This document shows positions 36,371 through 45,209 of a DNA stretch of 64,000 nt, piece after piece. The position numbers were made by a program, and so were the translations under genes. The stretch's first letter is position 1. Every line of letters begins with the position of its first letter. Source of the stretch: an uncultured Bacteroidales bacterium. Lineage in GTDB: Bacteria > Bacteroidota > Bacteroidia > Bacteroidales > ML635J-15. Under the pieces are notes generated by a model, which saw only the letters and a list, made by a program, of their open reading frames with translations, was not told the DNA's origin and did no database searches. The stretch is from the NCBI GenBank assembly GCA_964511665.1, contig CAZEHA010000001.1, positions 24,823 to 88,822 of the forward strand, given 5' to 3'.

Positions 36371-37421
36371 ATTAAACTTTGACTTCCACACTAATCAGTT
36401 GATTATAAAATCAATAAGCTTCATTGACTCTTTCAAAGGAAAATGGAATGTTGTAGAAAGCAAAGAAAATATCTTTCTTAAAGAATTAAGGAAAATCGCC
36501 ACCATTGAAAGTATTGGGTCCTCAACTAGAATTGAAGGGGCTCAGCTAACCAACGAAGAGATAAAACAACTCCTCGATAATGTAAAAATAACAGAGTTAA
36601 AATCAAGGGATGAACAAGAAGTGGTGGGTTATTATGATGTGCTCGAAATTATCAATGAGAACTATGATAACATTAGCATATCGAAAAACTATATTCAACA
36701 ATTGCATCAGAATTTATTAAAGTATAGCACTAAAGATGATAGACATAGGGGAATTTACAAAAATTTGTCAAATAAAGTTGTTGCAAAATATCCCGATGGT
36801 ACCCAAAGGGTAATTTTTGACACAACTGAGCCTCACCTTGTTGAAAGTGAAACGAACTACCTGTTTGAGTGGATAAATGAACAGTTTAATTCAAAATCGC
36901 TTCACCCTTTAATTGTTATTGGATTATTTATTTATGAATTTTTATCGATACATCCCTTTCATGACGGGAATGGAAGGTTGTCAAGATTATTAACAAATCT
37001 CTTGCTACTTAAAAACGACTACGTATTCATTAAATATGTATCGTTTGAAAACTTAATTGAGCAGAAAAAAAAGACCTACTATGAAGCACTAATGGATGGA
37101 CAAAAGGATAGAAATTCTGAAAAAGAAAGAGTTGACAAATGGATGCTTTTCTTTTTACAATCCCTTGAAGCGTTAATCCACCGGTTGGAACAAAAATATG
37201 ATGTATTTAAAACTAAAGGTGGTTATCTGAATGAAAGACAAAAGAAAATAAAAGAATTTATAACAATCAATCAACCAATTAAATTATCTGACTTAATGAA
37301 CAGTATGCCCGATATTTCGATAAACACGCTAAAGAAAGATCTACAGTATATGAAGAATGAGCAAATAATTTTATCGATTGGCAAAAACAAGGGAACTATT
37401 TATGTATTGAACGACAATTAA
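36351..37421 (+). CDS. Fic family protein (class II, with an intramolecular inhibitory helix; probable AMP-transferase) and a C-terminal wHTH-like region
   Basis: The canonical Fic motif HPFHDGNGRLSR is present. An upstream STRIEG matches the inhibitory motif [ST]xxxE[GN]. The gene is AT-rich. Confidence 0.85.
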   Translation: MDKYLNKLNFDFHTNQLIIKSISFIDSFKGKWNVVESKENIFLKELRKIATIESIGSSTRIEGAQLTNEEIKQLLDNVKITELKSRDEQEVVGYYDVLEIINENYDNISISKNYIQQLHQNLLKYSTKDDRHRGIYKNLSNKVVAKYPDGTQRVIFDTTEPHLVESETNYLFEWINEQFNSKSLHPLIVIGLFIYEFLSIHPFHDGNGRLSRLLTNLLLLKNDYVFIKYVSFENLIEQKKKTYYEALMDGQKDRNSEKERVDKWMLFFLQSLEALIHRLEQKYDVFKTKGGYLNERQKKIKEFITINQPIKLSDLMNSMPDISINTLKKDLQYMKNEQIILSIGKNKGTIYVLNDN

Positions 37422-37463
37422 GCACGTGCCCTGACATGGGGAGTAGCCAATGCCCCTTCTGCA

Positions 37464-37508
37464 TTCGGGCACTGAGGTTCTTTCGGGCACTGAGGTTCTC
37501 GAAGTGCC
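37464..37508 (+). repeat. Direct repeat TTCGGGCACTGAGGTTC x2 followed by TCGAAGTGCC
   Basis: Copies lie at 37464-37480 and 37482-37498, then 37499-37508. These are the same CACTGAGG / CGAAGTGCC words as the arms around the GIY-YIG gene. Confidence 0.85.
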
Positions 37509-37580
37509 CCTCCCCCTCCAAGCCACCGGCACACAACTCGTAGCTAATTTGGGGCTAATATTTTACACTTCACTCTCGCT

Positions 37581-37670
37581 CCGAGTCACCGACACGGGAC
37601 TCGGAGCTAATTATGGCGAAGGCTTTAAGGAATACGCTTACACCCGAGTCCTCTGCGAGTGACTCGGGTG
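37581..37670. repeat. Two GC-rich hairpins sharing a CCGAGTC/GACTCGG core
   Basis: CCGAGTC (37581-37587) pairs with GACTCGG (37598-37604). CACCCGAGTC (37641-37650) pairs with GACTCGGGTG (37661-37670), a 10-bp stem with a 10-nt loop. Confidence 0.8.
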
Positions 37671-37751
37671 GGGACAGCGATCATATTCCACTCGTTTTCC
37701 GGTTGAGCTTGCGAAACTCCCACTATCATCCTGCCGGCAAAAAATTCTGTA

Positions 37752-37845
37752 TTCATTCGCGCATTCGCGGCCACCAAAAAGTTGAGCCCGCGAAACAAAA
37801 AAACTTCATTCGCGCATTCGCGGCCATCAAAACACTTAAGCCCGC
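37752..37845 (+). repeat. ~41-bp imperfect direct repeat (TTCATTCGCGCATTCGCGGCCAyCAAAA...AGCCCGC) x2
   Basis: Copies start at 37752 and 37805. The first 22 nt are identical and the remainder is similar with one indel. Confidence 0.8.
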
Positions 37846-37975
37846 ACCATAGCTGCAACCCCATCAAACCGAAAAGCCTTCCCAAAAAACCACATTACCA
37901 ATCACAAAAAAGCTGTTTCGCAGAATATCACTCTTTTTTTGAGCATCAAATACATCAGAATTGCCCGCAGTTTGT

Positions 37976-37983
37976 TATTTTTG
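37976..37983 (+). promoter_or_regulatory. -7 box TATTTTTG for cysS
   Basis: Matches TAnnTTTG, 25 nt upstream of the ATG at 38008. Confidence 0.4.
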
Positions 37984-38007
37984 GGGTTTCTTTTAAAACA
38001 AAACATC

Positions 38008-39480
38008 ATGAGCCTCGAGCATTCGCTGTATATTTACAACACCCTGAACCGAAAGAAAGAATTGTTTGTTCCGCTTCACACGCCCCATGTAGGCATGTAT
38101 GTGTGCGGCCCCACCGTGTATGGCGATGCCCATCTGGGGCATGCCCGCCCGGCGATTAACTTCGATTTACTCTTTCGTTTTCTGAAATATTCGGGCTACA
38201 AAGTTCGCTATGTGCGCAATATTACCGATGTGGGTCATCTCGAAAACGATGCCGACGATGGCGAAGACAAAATTGCCAAAAAGGCTCGCCTCGAAGCACT
38301 CGAGCCTATGGAAGTGGTGCAATATTACACCGACCGCTACCACATAAACATGGATGCGCTCAACGTGTTGCGCCCCAGCATCGAGCCCAGGGCATCGGGG
38401 CATATCATCGAACAAATCGAGCTCACAAAACGCATTATCGACAACGGATATGCATACGTGTTAAACGGCTCGGTATATTTCGACGTAGATGCTTTCAATA
38501 AAAAATTTAACTACGGCCGTTTGTCGGGTCGCGTAATCGAAGACCTGTATAGCACTACCCGTGAACTCGACGGCCAAAGCGAAAAACGCAAGAGCTACGA
38601 TTTTGCCTTATGGAAAAAAGCCGCGCCATCGCACATTATGCACTGGCCCTCGCCATGGAGCGAAGGCTTTCCGGGATGGCACATGGAATGCTCGGCCATG
38701 GGGATGAAATATCTCGGCGAAGAATTCGATATACACGGAGGCGGCATGGACTTGCTGTTTCCGCACCACGAATGCGAAGTGGCGCAAAGTGCTGCTGCTT
38801 TGGGTAAAGACACCGTGCGCTACTGGATGCACAACAACATGATAACCATAAACGGACAAAAAATGGGCAAGTCGCTGGGCAACTTTATTACCCTCGACGA
38901 AGTGTTCGGCGGTAAGCACGAATTGTTGGCTCAAGCCTACAGCCCCATGACCGTTCGGTTTTTCATACTGATGGCGCACTACCGCGGCACACTCGACTTT
39001 TCGAACGAAGCCCTGCAGGCTGCCGAAAAAGGGCTGAACCGCTTACTCAAAGGAATGGCCTTACTGCAAAAAATCAATGCTTCGGCCCAAACATCACACT
39101 TTAAACCCGAAGCATTCGAAACAAAACTAAAAGATGCACTTAACGACGACCTGAACAGCCCTGTGCTGATAGCTCACCTCTTCGACGGACTAAAAAGCAT
39201 CAACAATATAAATCAGGGTAGCGAAACCATCAGCGAAAGCGACCTCAACAGTTTGAAAAAGATATATCACACCTACGTTACCGATATTTTGGGCTTGCTG
39301 CCACAAGAAGAAAACAATCAGGAAATACTAAAAAACCTGGTTGATATGGTACTCAATATCCGCCTCGAGGCCAAACGAAACAAAGACTTTGCCCTTTCCG
39401 ACACCATCAGAAACCGGCTCGGTGAGTTGGGCATTGCGGTGCGCGACAGCAAAGACGGCTTTGAATGGGAAATACAATAA
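38008..39480 (+). CDS. cysS: Cysteine--tRNA ligase
   Basis: Has the HIGH motif ([10 protein letters not shown]), KMSKS as KMGKSLGN, and [19 protein letters not shown]. The start is set at [12 protein letters not shown]. Confidence 0.9.
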   Translation: MSLEHSLYIYNTLNRKKELFVPLHTPHVGMYVCGPTVYGDAHLGHARPAINFDLLFRFLKYSGYKVRYVRNITDVGHLENDADDGEDKIAKKARLEALEPMEVVQYYTDRYHINMDALNVLRPSIEPRASGHIIEQIELTKRIIDNGYAYVLNGSVYFDVDAFNKKFNYGRLSGRVIEDLYSTTRELDGQSEKRKSYDFALWKKAAPSHIMHWPSPWSEGFPGWHMECSAMGMKYLGEEFDIHGGGMDLLFPHHECEVAQSAAALGKDTVRYWMHNNMITINGQKMGKSLGNFITLDEVFGGKHELLAQAYSPMTVRFFILMAHYRGTLDFSNEALQAAEKGLNRLLKGMALLQKINASAQTSHFKPEAFETKLKDALNDDLNSPVLIAHLFDGLKSINNINQGSETISESDLNSLKKIYHTYVTDILGLLPQEENNQEILKNLVDMVLNIRLEAKRNKDFALSDTIRNRLGELGIAVRDSKDGFEWEIQ

Positions 39481-39497
39481 CACAAAAACAATGAGCT

Positions 39498-40076
39498 ATG
39501 AATAAGGAAGAATACTATGCACACCCCACTGCGGTAATCGACGAAAACTGCAGCATTGGCAACGGCACCAAAATATGGCATTTTTCGCATATTATGAGCC
39601 ATTGTGTTATTGGCCAAAACTGCAATATTGGTCAAAACGTAGTGGTATCGCCCGATGTAGTGCTCGGCAACAACGTAAAAGTGCAGAACAACGTATCGAT
39701 ATACACCGGCGTGGTTTGCGAAGACGATGTTTTTCTGGGCCCTTCGATGGTATTTACCAATGTGGTGAACCCACGCAGTGCGGTGAACCGCAGAGGGCAG
39801 TATGCAAAGACACTGGTAAAGCAGGGCGCCTCGATAGGAGCCAATGCTACCATAGTGTGTGGCCACGATATTGGCAAGTTTGCTTTTATAGGTGCCGGTG
39901 CCGTGGTAACCAAACATGTGCCCGATTATGCGCTGGTGGTGGGCAACCCTGCCCGTCAAGCAGGCTGGATGAGCGAATACGGTCACAAACTGACATTCGA
40001 CGATAGCGGTGTGGCAGTGTGCCCCGAAAGCGGAGAAAAGTATCAACTGACCCGGGGAGAGGTCAAAAAAATATAA
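39498..40076 (+). CDS. Left-handed beta-helix N-acetyltransferase, WbpD/WlbB-like (UDP-2-acetamido-3-amino-2,3-dideoxy-glucuronate N-acetyltransferase)
   Basis: 192 aa with hexapeptide repeats. The IWHFSHI...VFTNV.NPR....R......T.V..GASIGANATI..G...G..A.IGAGAVVT..VP.YALVVGNPA pattern is typical of WbpD/WlbB. Confidence 0.75.
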   Translation: MNKEEYYAHPTAVIDENCSIGNGTKIWHFSHIMSHCVIGQNCNIGQNVVVSPDVVLGNNVKVQNNVSIYTGVVCEDDVFLGPSMVFTNVVNPRSAVNRRGQYAKTLVKQGASIGANATIVCGHDIGKFAFIGAGAVVTKHVPDYALVVGNPARQAGWMSEYGHKLTFDDSGVAVCPESGEKYQLTRGEVKKI

Positions 40077-40081
40077 GTATA

Positions 40082-41044
40082 ATGAACGACACCAAAAATT
40101 TTGCCTTGGTAGGTGTAGCCGGCTACATTGCCCCCCGGCACGTGAAAGCCATTAAAGAAACCGGAAACCGTTTGGTTGCCTGTCTCGACAATTTCGATTG
40201 TGTGGGGTATCTCGACGCACACTTTCCCGAAGCCGACTTCTTTTACGAGTTCGAACGTTTCGAGCGCCACATCGATAAACTGCGCCGCAGTAATCAAAAA
40301 ATTGACTATGTGAGCATTTGCTCGCCCAATTACCTGCACGACTCTCATATCCGCTTTGCGCTGCGAAACCGCGCCCATGCCATCTGCGAAAAACCACTGG
40401 TGCTGAATCCGTGGAATGTAAATGCTCTGGTTGAAATGGAAAAAGAAACCGGTTGCAACATCTACAATATTTTGCAACTCCGACTGCACCCAGCGATAAT
40501 TGCACTAAAACAAAAAATCGACAGCGACTTCACCGACCGCATCTACGATATCGACCTGGCATACATTACCAGCCGTGGTAAATGGTACGATTACAGCTGG
40601 AAGGGCAATCCCGAAAAATCGGGAGGGGTGGCTACCAACATCGGAGTTCACTTTTTCGATATGTTACTCTGGATTTTTGGCGATATTGTTGAAAGCGTGG
40701 TTCACATCAGCGAAAAACATAAAGCGGCCGGTTTTCTACAACTAAAGCGAGCGCGGGTGCGTTGGTTCCTCAGCATCGACTACAACGACATTCCCGAAGC
40801 AATAAAAGCAAAGGGACAACGGACCTATAGGTCAATTACTATCGGAAGCGAAGAAATTGAATTTAGCGAAGGTTTTACCGATTTGCATACATTAAGTTAT
40901 CGTGAAATATTAAGCGGTAACGGATTTCGCGTGGCCGAAGCCATGCCCTGTATCGACGCTGCTTACAGCATCAGAAACGCAGCGCCCATCGGCTTAATCG
41001 GAAACTACCATCCCTTATGCCATGAAAAAAATCATGTTTTATGA
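40082..41044 (+). CDS. Gfo/Idh/MocA oxidoreductase, WbpB/WlbA-like (UDP-GlcNAcA 3-dehydrogenase)
   Basis: Blocks FALVGVAGYIAPRH, ICSPNYLH, YNILQLRLHPAIIALK, ITSRGKWY..SWKG.PEKSGGVATNIGVHFFDML and ARVRWFLS...TYRSIT..EE.EFSEGFTDLHT match WbpB as I remember it. Confidence 0.75.
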   Translation: MNDTKNFALVGVAGYIAPRHVKAIKETGNRLVACLDNFDCVGYLDAHFPEADFFYEFERFERHIDKLRRSNQKIDYVSICSPNYLHDSHIRFALRNRAHAICEKPLVLNPWNVNALVEMEKETGCNIYNILQLRLHPAIIALKQKIDSDFTDRIYDIDLAYITSRGKWYDYSWKGNPEKSGGVATNIGVHFFDMLLWIFGDIVESVVHISEKHKAAGFLQLKRARVRWFLSIDYNDIPEAIKAKGQRTYRSITIGSEEIEFSEGFTDLHTLSYREILSGNGFRVAEAMPCIDAAYSIRNAAPIGLIGNYHPLCHEKNHVL

Positions 41045-41058
41045 ACAAAATTATTTAT

Positions 41059-41066
41059 TAGATTTG
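41059..41066 (+). promoter_or_regulatory. -7 box TAGATTTG
   Basis: Matches TAnnTTTG, 40 nt upstream of the ATG at 41106. Confidence 0.3.
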
Positions 41067-41105
41067 CGCAATAATCTCATTTGTTAATTGTTTAACAGCA
41101 ACTTT

Positions 41106-42395
41106 ATGTATCAGGAAATCATCAACAAACAAAAAAAGATCTCGGTTATTGGGCTGGGATATGTAGGGCTACCCATTGCTCTTGAATTTGCAAAACATGT
41201 AAAAGTGGTTGGCTTCGACATTAAGCCCGACCGCGTTGAAATGATGAAAAACCGCATTGACCCCAGCAACGAACTGCCACCCGAGGCTTTCGACAACTGC
41301 GATATCGAGTTCACTGCCAATGCCGAAGACCTGAAACAGTGTCATTTTCACATAGTTGCCGTTCCCACTCCTATCGACGAACACAATCTCCCCGATCTTA
41401 CACCGGTAATAAAAGCCAGCGAAACCGTGGGTAAAATTCTGAAAAAGGGCGATTACGTGGTTTATGAATCAACCGTGTATCCGGGATGCACCGAAGAAGA
41501 CTGTGTACCGGTTCTCGAACAAATGAGCGGACTAAAATACATCGACGATTTCAAAGTGGGATATTCACCCGAGCGTATCAATCCGGGCGACAAAGAACAC
41601 ACTCTAACCACCATTAAAAAAGTGAGCTCGGGCTGCGATGCCGAATCGGCCGAAGAAATAGCCCTGGTTTACGAAATTGTAATTACCGCCGGCGTACACC
41701 GTGCTTCGAGTATAAAAGTAGCCGAAGCAGCCAAGATTATCGAAAACACCCAACGCGATGTGAATATTGCCTTGATGAACGAGCTTTCGATGATATTCAA
41801 TATTATGGGCATTAATACCTACGAAGTGCTGGAAGCTGCCGGAACCAAGTGGAACTTTCTGAAGTTTGTACCGGGGCTGGTAGGTGGGCATTGCATTGGC
41901 GTTGACCCCTACTACCTGCTACACAAAGCCAAAGAACTCGGGTACCATGCACGCATGATTAATTCGGGTCGTGGCATCAACGATGGCATGGGAGCTTATG
42001 TTGCCGAGCAAACTGTGAAAAAAATTATTGCTCAGGGTAAAGAAATTACCAGTAGCAGAGTTCTGATTATGGGTATTACCTTTAAAGAAGATGTTACCGA
42101 TATCAGAAACTCTCGTGTTGTAGATATTTTGAACGAACTCAGCAAATACAACGTGAAATACGATGTTGTCGACTGCCATGCCAACATGCATGAGGTGGAA
42201 GAAGAATACGGCCTAAAAATGATTACACAACCCGAAGGAAAATACGACGCCGTGATTGTTGCCGTGAACCATCGGCGCTACAAAGAACTCGACGAAAGCT
42301 ATTTTGCCGGCATTCTGAAAGATCGCGGTTTGATTATGGACATTAAAGGGATATACAGAGGTAAAATCAAAAACACAGCCTACTGGACCCTCTAA
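41106..42395 (+). CDS. UDP-N-acetyl-hexosamine 6-dehydrogenase (TviB/WbpA/WbpO family nucleotide-sugar dehydrogenase)
   Basis: Contains GLGYVGLP, VPTPI, LTP.IKASETVG..L.KGD.VVYESTVYPGCTEE.CVP, GYSPERINPGDK, KVAEAAK.IENTQRD.NIAL.NE and LVGGHCIGVDPYYL. Confidence 0.85.
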   Translation: MYQEIINKQKKISVIGLGYVGLPIALEFAKHVKVVGFDIKPDRVEMMKNRIDPSNELPPEAFDNCDIEFTANAEDLKQCHFHIVAVPTPIDEHNLPDLTPVIKASETVGKILKKGDYVVYESTVYPGCTEEDCVPVLEQMSGLKYIDDFKVGYSPERINPGDKEHTLTTIKKVSSGCDAESAEEIALVYEIVITAGVHRASSIKVAEAAKIIENTQRDVNIALMNELSMIFNIMGINTYEVLEAAGTKWNFLKFVPGLVGGHCIGVDPYYLLHKAKELGYHARMINSGRGINDGMGAYVAEQTVKKIIAQGKEITSSRVLIMGITFKEDVTDIRNSRVVDILNELSKYNVKYDVVDCHANMHEVEEEYGLKMITQPEGKYDAVIVAVNHRRYKELDESYFAGILKDRGLIMDIKGIYRGKIKNTAYWTL

Positions 42396-42425
42396 ACAAA
42401 CAAAAATTCATAAAGCACACACAGA

Positions 42426-42456
42426 AGCATTCCATTGGAGTGCTTTTGTTTTTTAT
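42426..42456 (+). terminator. Rho-independent terminator
   Basis: AGCATTCC (42426-42433), loop ATT, GGAGTGCT (42437-42444, one G:U pair), then TTTTGTTTTTT. Confidence 0.7.
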
Positions 42457-42552
42457 TACCACCCGTGCTTCAGACTTTTTTAACCATTTCTTTCAGCATA
42501 CACAATAAACATGTATTTTTAGGCATTTAACAATTGTATTAAACCTTTTTCG

Positions 42553-43584
42553 ATGACGAAGACAAAAATTCTGGTAACAGGTGGTACGGGATATATCGGA
42601 TCGCATACGGTAGTTACACTGCTGCAATCGGGCTACGATGTGGTAATTATCGATAACCTGAGTAATTCCGATACAGATGTTCTTGATGGCATAGCTCAAA
42701 TTTCGGGAACAAAACCTGTTTTTTTCGAAGGAGATATCTGCAAAAAAGATGATGTTCGTATGGTTTTCGCCGCGCATCGCGATATTGAGGCCATCATTCA
42801 CTTTGCCGCACTGAAAGCAGTAGGCGAATCGGTTGAATTCCCGCTGAAATACTACTACAACAATGTGGGCGGTTTAATTAGCCTTCTCGATGAAAGCGTT
42901 AACAATAATGTGAAAGCATTTGTGTTTTCGTCGAGTTGCACTGTGTATGGCCAACCCGATAGGTTGCCGGTTGACGAAACAGCGGCTATTCGCCCCGAAT
43001 CGCCTTATGGCAACACCAAATGGGTGAACGAAGAAATACTCAAACACACCGTTGCCTCCGGTATTGGAATGAAAGCACTTTCGCTTAGGTATTTCAACCC
43101 TATTGGAGCTCACCCTTCGGCGCTTATCGGAGAATTGCCATTGGGAGTTCCCAACAATCTGCTGCCTTTTATTACCCAAACGGCCTGTGGAGTGCGCGAT
43201 AAGCTAACGGTGTTTGGAAGCAACTACAACACACCCGACGGCACCTGCATTCGCGATTACATCGATGTGAACGATTTGGCCGAAGCCCATGTTAAGGCTC
43301 TCGAATATCTTTTAAAACCCGAATCGGAGCCGTATGATGTGGTGAATTTAGGAACAGGGAAAGGAGTATCGGTACTCGAAATTGTTTCGGCTTTCGAAAA
43401 TTCGACCGGCGAAAAACTGAATTATACTATTGGCAATCGCCGACCCGGAGATGTAGAACAAGTTTGGGCAAGCACTTCGAAAGCCGAAGCCATGCTACAC
43501 TGGAAAGCAACACGCAGCCTGAAAGACACCGTGCTTTCGGCCTGGAATTGGGAAAAGCATTATAGAAGTAAAAGTGCAACATGA
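42553..43584 (+). CDS. galE: UDP-glucose 4-epimerase
   Basis: Contains VTGGTGYIGSH, SSSCTVYG, the YxxxK region YGNTKW, RYFNPIGAH and DGTCIRDYI.V.DLA.AH. Confidence 0.85.
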   Translation: MTKTKILVTGGTGYIGSHTVVTLLQSGYDVVIIDNLSNSDTDVLDGIAQISGTKPVFFEGDICKKDDVRMVFAAHRDIEAIIHFAALKAVGESVEFPLKYYYNNVGGLISLLDESVNNNVKAFVFSSSCTVYGQPDRLPVDETAAIRPESPYGNTKWVNEEILKHTVASGIGMKALSLRYFNPIGAHPSALIGELPLGVPNNLLPFITQTACGVRDKLTVFGSNYNTPDGTCIRDYIDVNDLAEAHVKALEYLLKPESEPYDVVNLGTGKGVSVLEIVSAFENSTGEKLNYTIGNRRPGDVEQVWASTSKAEAMLHWKATRSLKDTVLSAWNWEKHYRSKSAT

Positions 43585-43616
43585 GAAACTCATAATCTAC
43601 AACATTCGTGAGTTTC
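43585..43616 (+). other. Hairpin immediately after the galE stop
   Basis: GAAACTCA (43585-43592) pairs with TGAGTTTC (43609-43616). There is no U-tract, so it is possibly an RNA processing or attenuation element rather than a terminator. Confidence 0.3.
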
Positions 43617-43654
43617 GGCAGAAAAATGTATTTTAGCCAAAATTTATACCTACA

Positions 43655-44710
43655 ATGAAGAAAACCATTATTATTACCGGAGGAGCCGGATTTATCGGAT
43701 CGCATGTAGTGCGTCTGTTTGTGAATAAATACCCCGATTATCTGATTGTAAATCTTGATAAACTCACCTATGCCGGCAATCTTGCCAATCTTACTGATAT
43801 AGAAGATAAGCCAAACTATCGTTTCGAACGTGCCGACATTGTGGATGGCGATGCCATCATGAATATTTTTGAACAGTATCGCCCCGATGGAGTGATACAT
43901 TTAGCCGCCGAAAGTCATGTTGACCGAAGCATTTCGAATCCCACCGAATTTATTTATACCAATATTGTGGGAACAGTAAACCTCTTGAATGCTGCCCGTA
44001 GTATTTGGGGCAACGCCATCGAAGATAAGCTGTTTTACCATATCAGCACCGACGAGGTATACGGCTCGCTGGGTGACGAAGGTTTTTTTACCGAAGAAAC
44101 CGCCTACGATCCGCGCTCGCCCTATTCGGCATCGAAAGCCAGCAGCGATCATTTGGTGAGAGCCTATCATCACACTTTCGCCTTACCTGTAGTTATTTCG
44201 AATTGCTCGAACAACTACGGACCCAATCATTTTCCCGAAAAACTGATTCCCCTGGCCATCAATAACATTAAAAACATGAAACCCATTCCGGTGTATGGCA
44301 AAGGCGAAAATGTGCGCGACTGGCTGTATGTGCTCGACCATGCCCGTGCTATTGATACCATTTTTCATAACGGGAAAAACGGAGAAACCTATAATATCGG
44401 TGGAAACAACGAGTGGAAAAACATCGATTTAATACGACTTCTCTGCAGCATTATGGACAATAAACTGGGGCGCACCCCGGGCACAAGCGCATCGCTGATT
44501 AGCTTTGTGAAAGACCGCGCCGGACACGATTTGCGTTATGCCATCGATTCCACAAAATTACAGCAGGAACTCGGATGGAAGCCCTCGTTGCAATTCGAAG
44601 AAGGACTGGAACGCACCGTTGACTGGTATCTGGTAAACGAAGAATGGCTCACAAACATTGTTTCGGGCGATTACATGCAGTATTATGAGCAACAATATGT
44701 AAAACGTTAA
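43655..44710 (+). CDS. rfbB: dTDP-glucose 4,6-dehydratase
   Basis: Contains ITGGAGFIGSH, HLAAESHVDRS, STDEVYG, YSASKA.SDHLVRAY, SNCSNNYGP..FPEKLIP and DRAGHD.RYAID. Confidence 0.9.
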   Translation: MKKTIIITGGAGFIGSHVVRLFVNKYPDYLIVNLDKLTYAGNLANLTDIEDKPNYRFERADIVDGDAIMNIFEQYRPDGVIHLAAESHVDRSISNPTEFIYTNIVGTVNLLNAARSIWGNAIEDKLFYHISTDEVYGSLGDEGFFTEETAYDPRSPYSASKASSDHLVRAYHHTFALPVVISNCSNNYGPNHFPEKLIPLAINNIKNMKPIPVYGKGENVRDWLYVLDHARAIDTIFHNGKNGETYNIGGNNEWKNIDLIRLLCSIMDNKLGRTPGTSASLISFVKDRAGHDLRYAIDSTKLQQELGWKPSLQFEEGLERTVDWYLVNEEWLTNIVSGDYMQYYEQQYVKR

Positions 44711-44716
44711 ACATTC

Positions 44717-45055
44717 ATGAACGAAGAAATATTCCGGGCCTTAGCTTTTGCTGTTACAGCATGCAATACCGAAGGTATTATAGTTTACATGAACGAAAAA
44801 TCGAAAGCAACATTCGAGAAAGACAGCAATGTTTCGTTGATAGGCAAATCATTGTTCGACTGCCATAGCCCGGCCTCATCCGAAACAATCAGGGAATTGT
44901 TGCAAACAGGGGGCACCAATGCATATACAATAGAAAAGAATGGGCAGAAAAAGCTGATTTATCAATGTGCGTGGTTTAAAGACGGGCAAATAGCAGGTCT
45001 GGTTGAGATTTCGCTACCCATACCGGTCGAGATGCCGCATTATTTTAGGGGGTAA
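44717..45055 (+). CDS. Stand-alone PAS-like domain protein
   Basis: 112 aa. A PAS-like pattern is present (..EGIIVYMNEKS...F......GKSL.DCH.......I). It starts 7 nt after rfbB. Confidence 0.45.
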   Translation: MNEEIFRALAFAVTACNTEGIIVYMNEKSKATFEKDSNVSLIGKSLFDCHSPASSETIRELLQTGGTNAYTIEKNGQKKLIYQCAWFKDGQIAGLVEISLPIPVEMPHYFRG

Positions 45056-45150
45056 AATATCCAATACAACATATCGGTAAGCATTCCATGTTTCGGTTCA
45101 AGAAATGCAGAATAGGACAGCAATTTTTCGAATTTACTACCATATTTATA

Positions 45151-45199
45151 TAAATTTGGCAAGTTGTATTGCTATATTAAATTAAATATGGTAACTTTG
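45151..45199 (+). promoter_or_regulatory. Two candidate -7 boxes (TAAATTTG at 45151-45158, TAACTTTG at 45192-45199)
   Basis: Both match TAnnTTTG. They lie 52 nt and 11 nt upstream of the ATG at 45210. Confidence 0.3.
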
Positions 45200-45209
45200 C
45201 AAGAAAACT

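Noticed and set aside
37613-38159. ORFs of 79, 86 and 125 aa in the fic-cysS spacer
   Set aside because: They overlap each other on both strands and are built from the hairpins and direct repeats. The 125-aa ORF runs out of frame into cysS. No start context or motifs are present.
39318-40046. 242-aa minus-strand ORF overlapping the cysS 3' end and the WbpD-like gene
   Set aside because: It is antisense to two recognisable genes, with a His/Ala/Val-rich shadow-frame composition.
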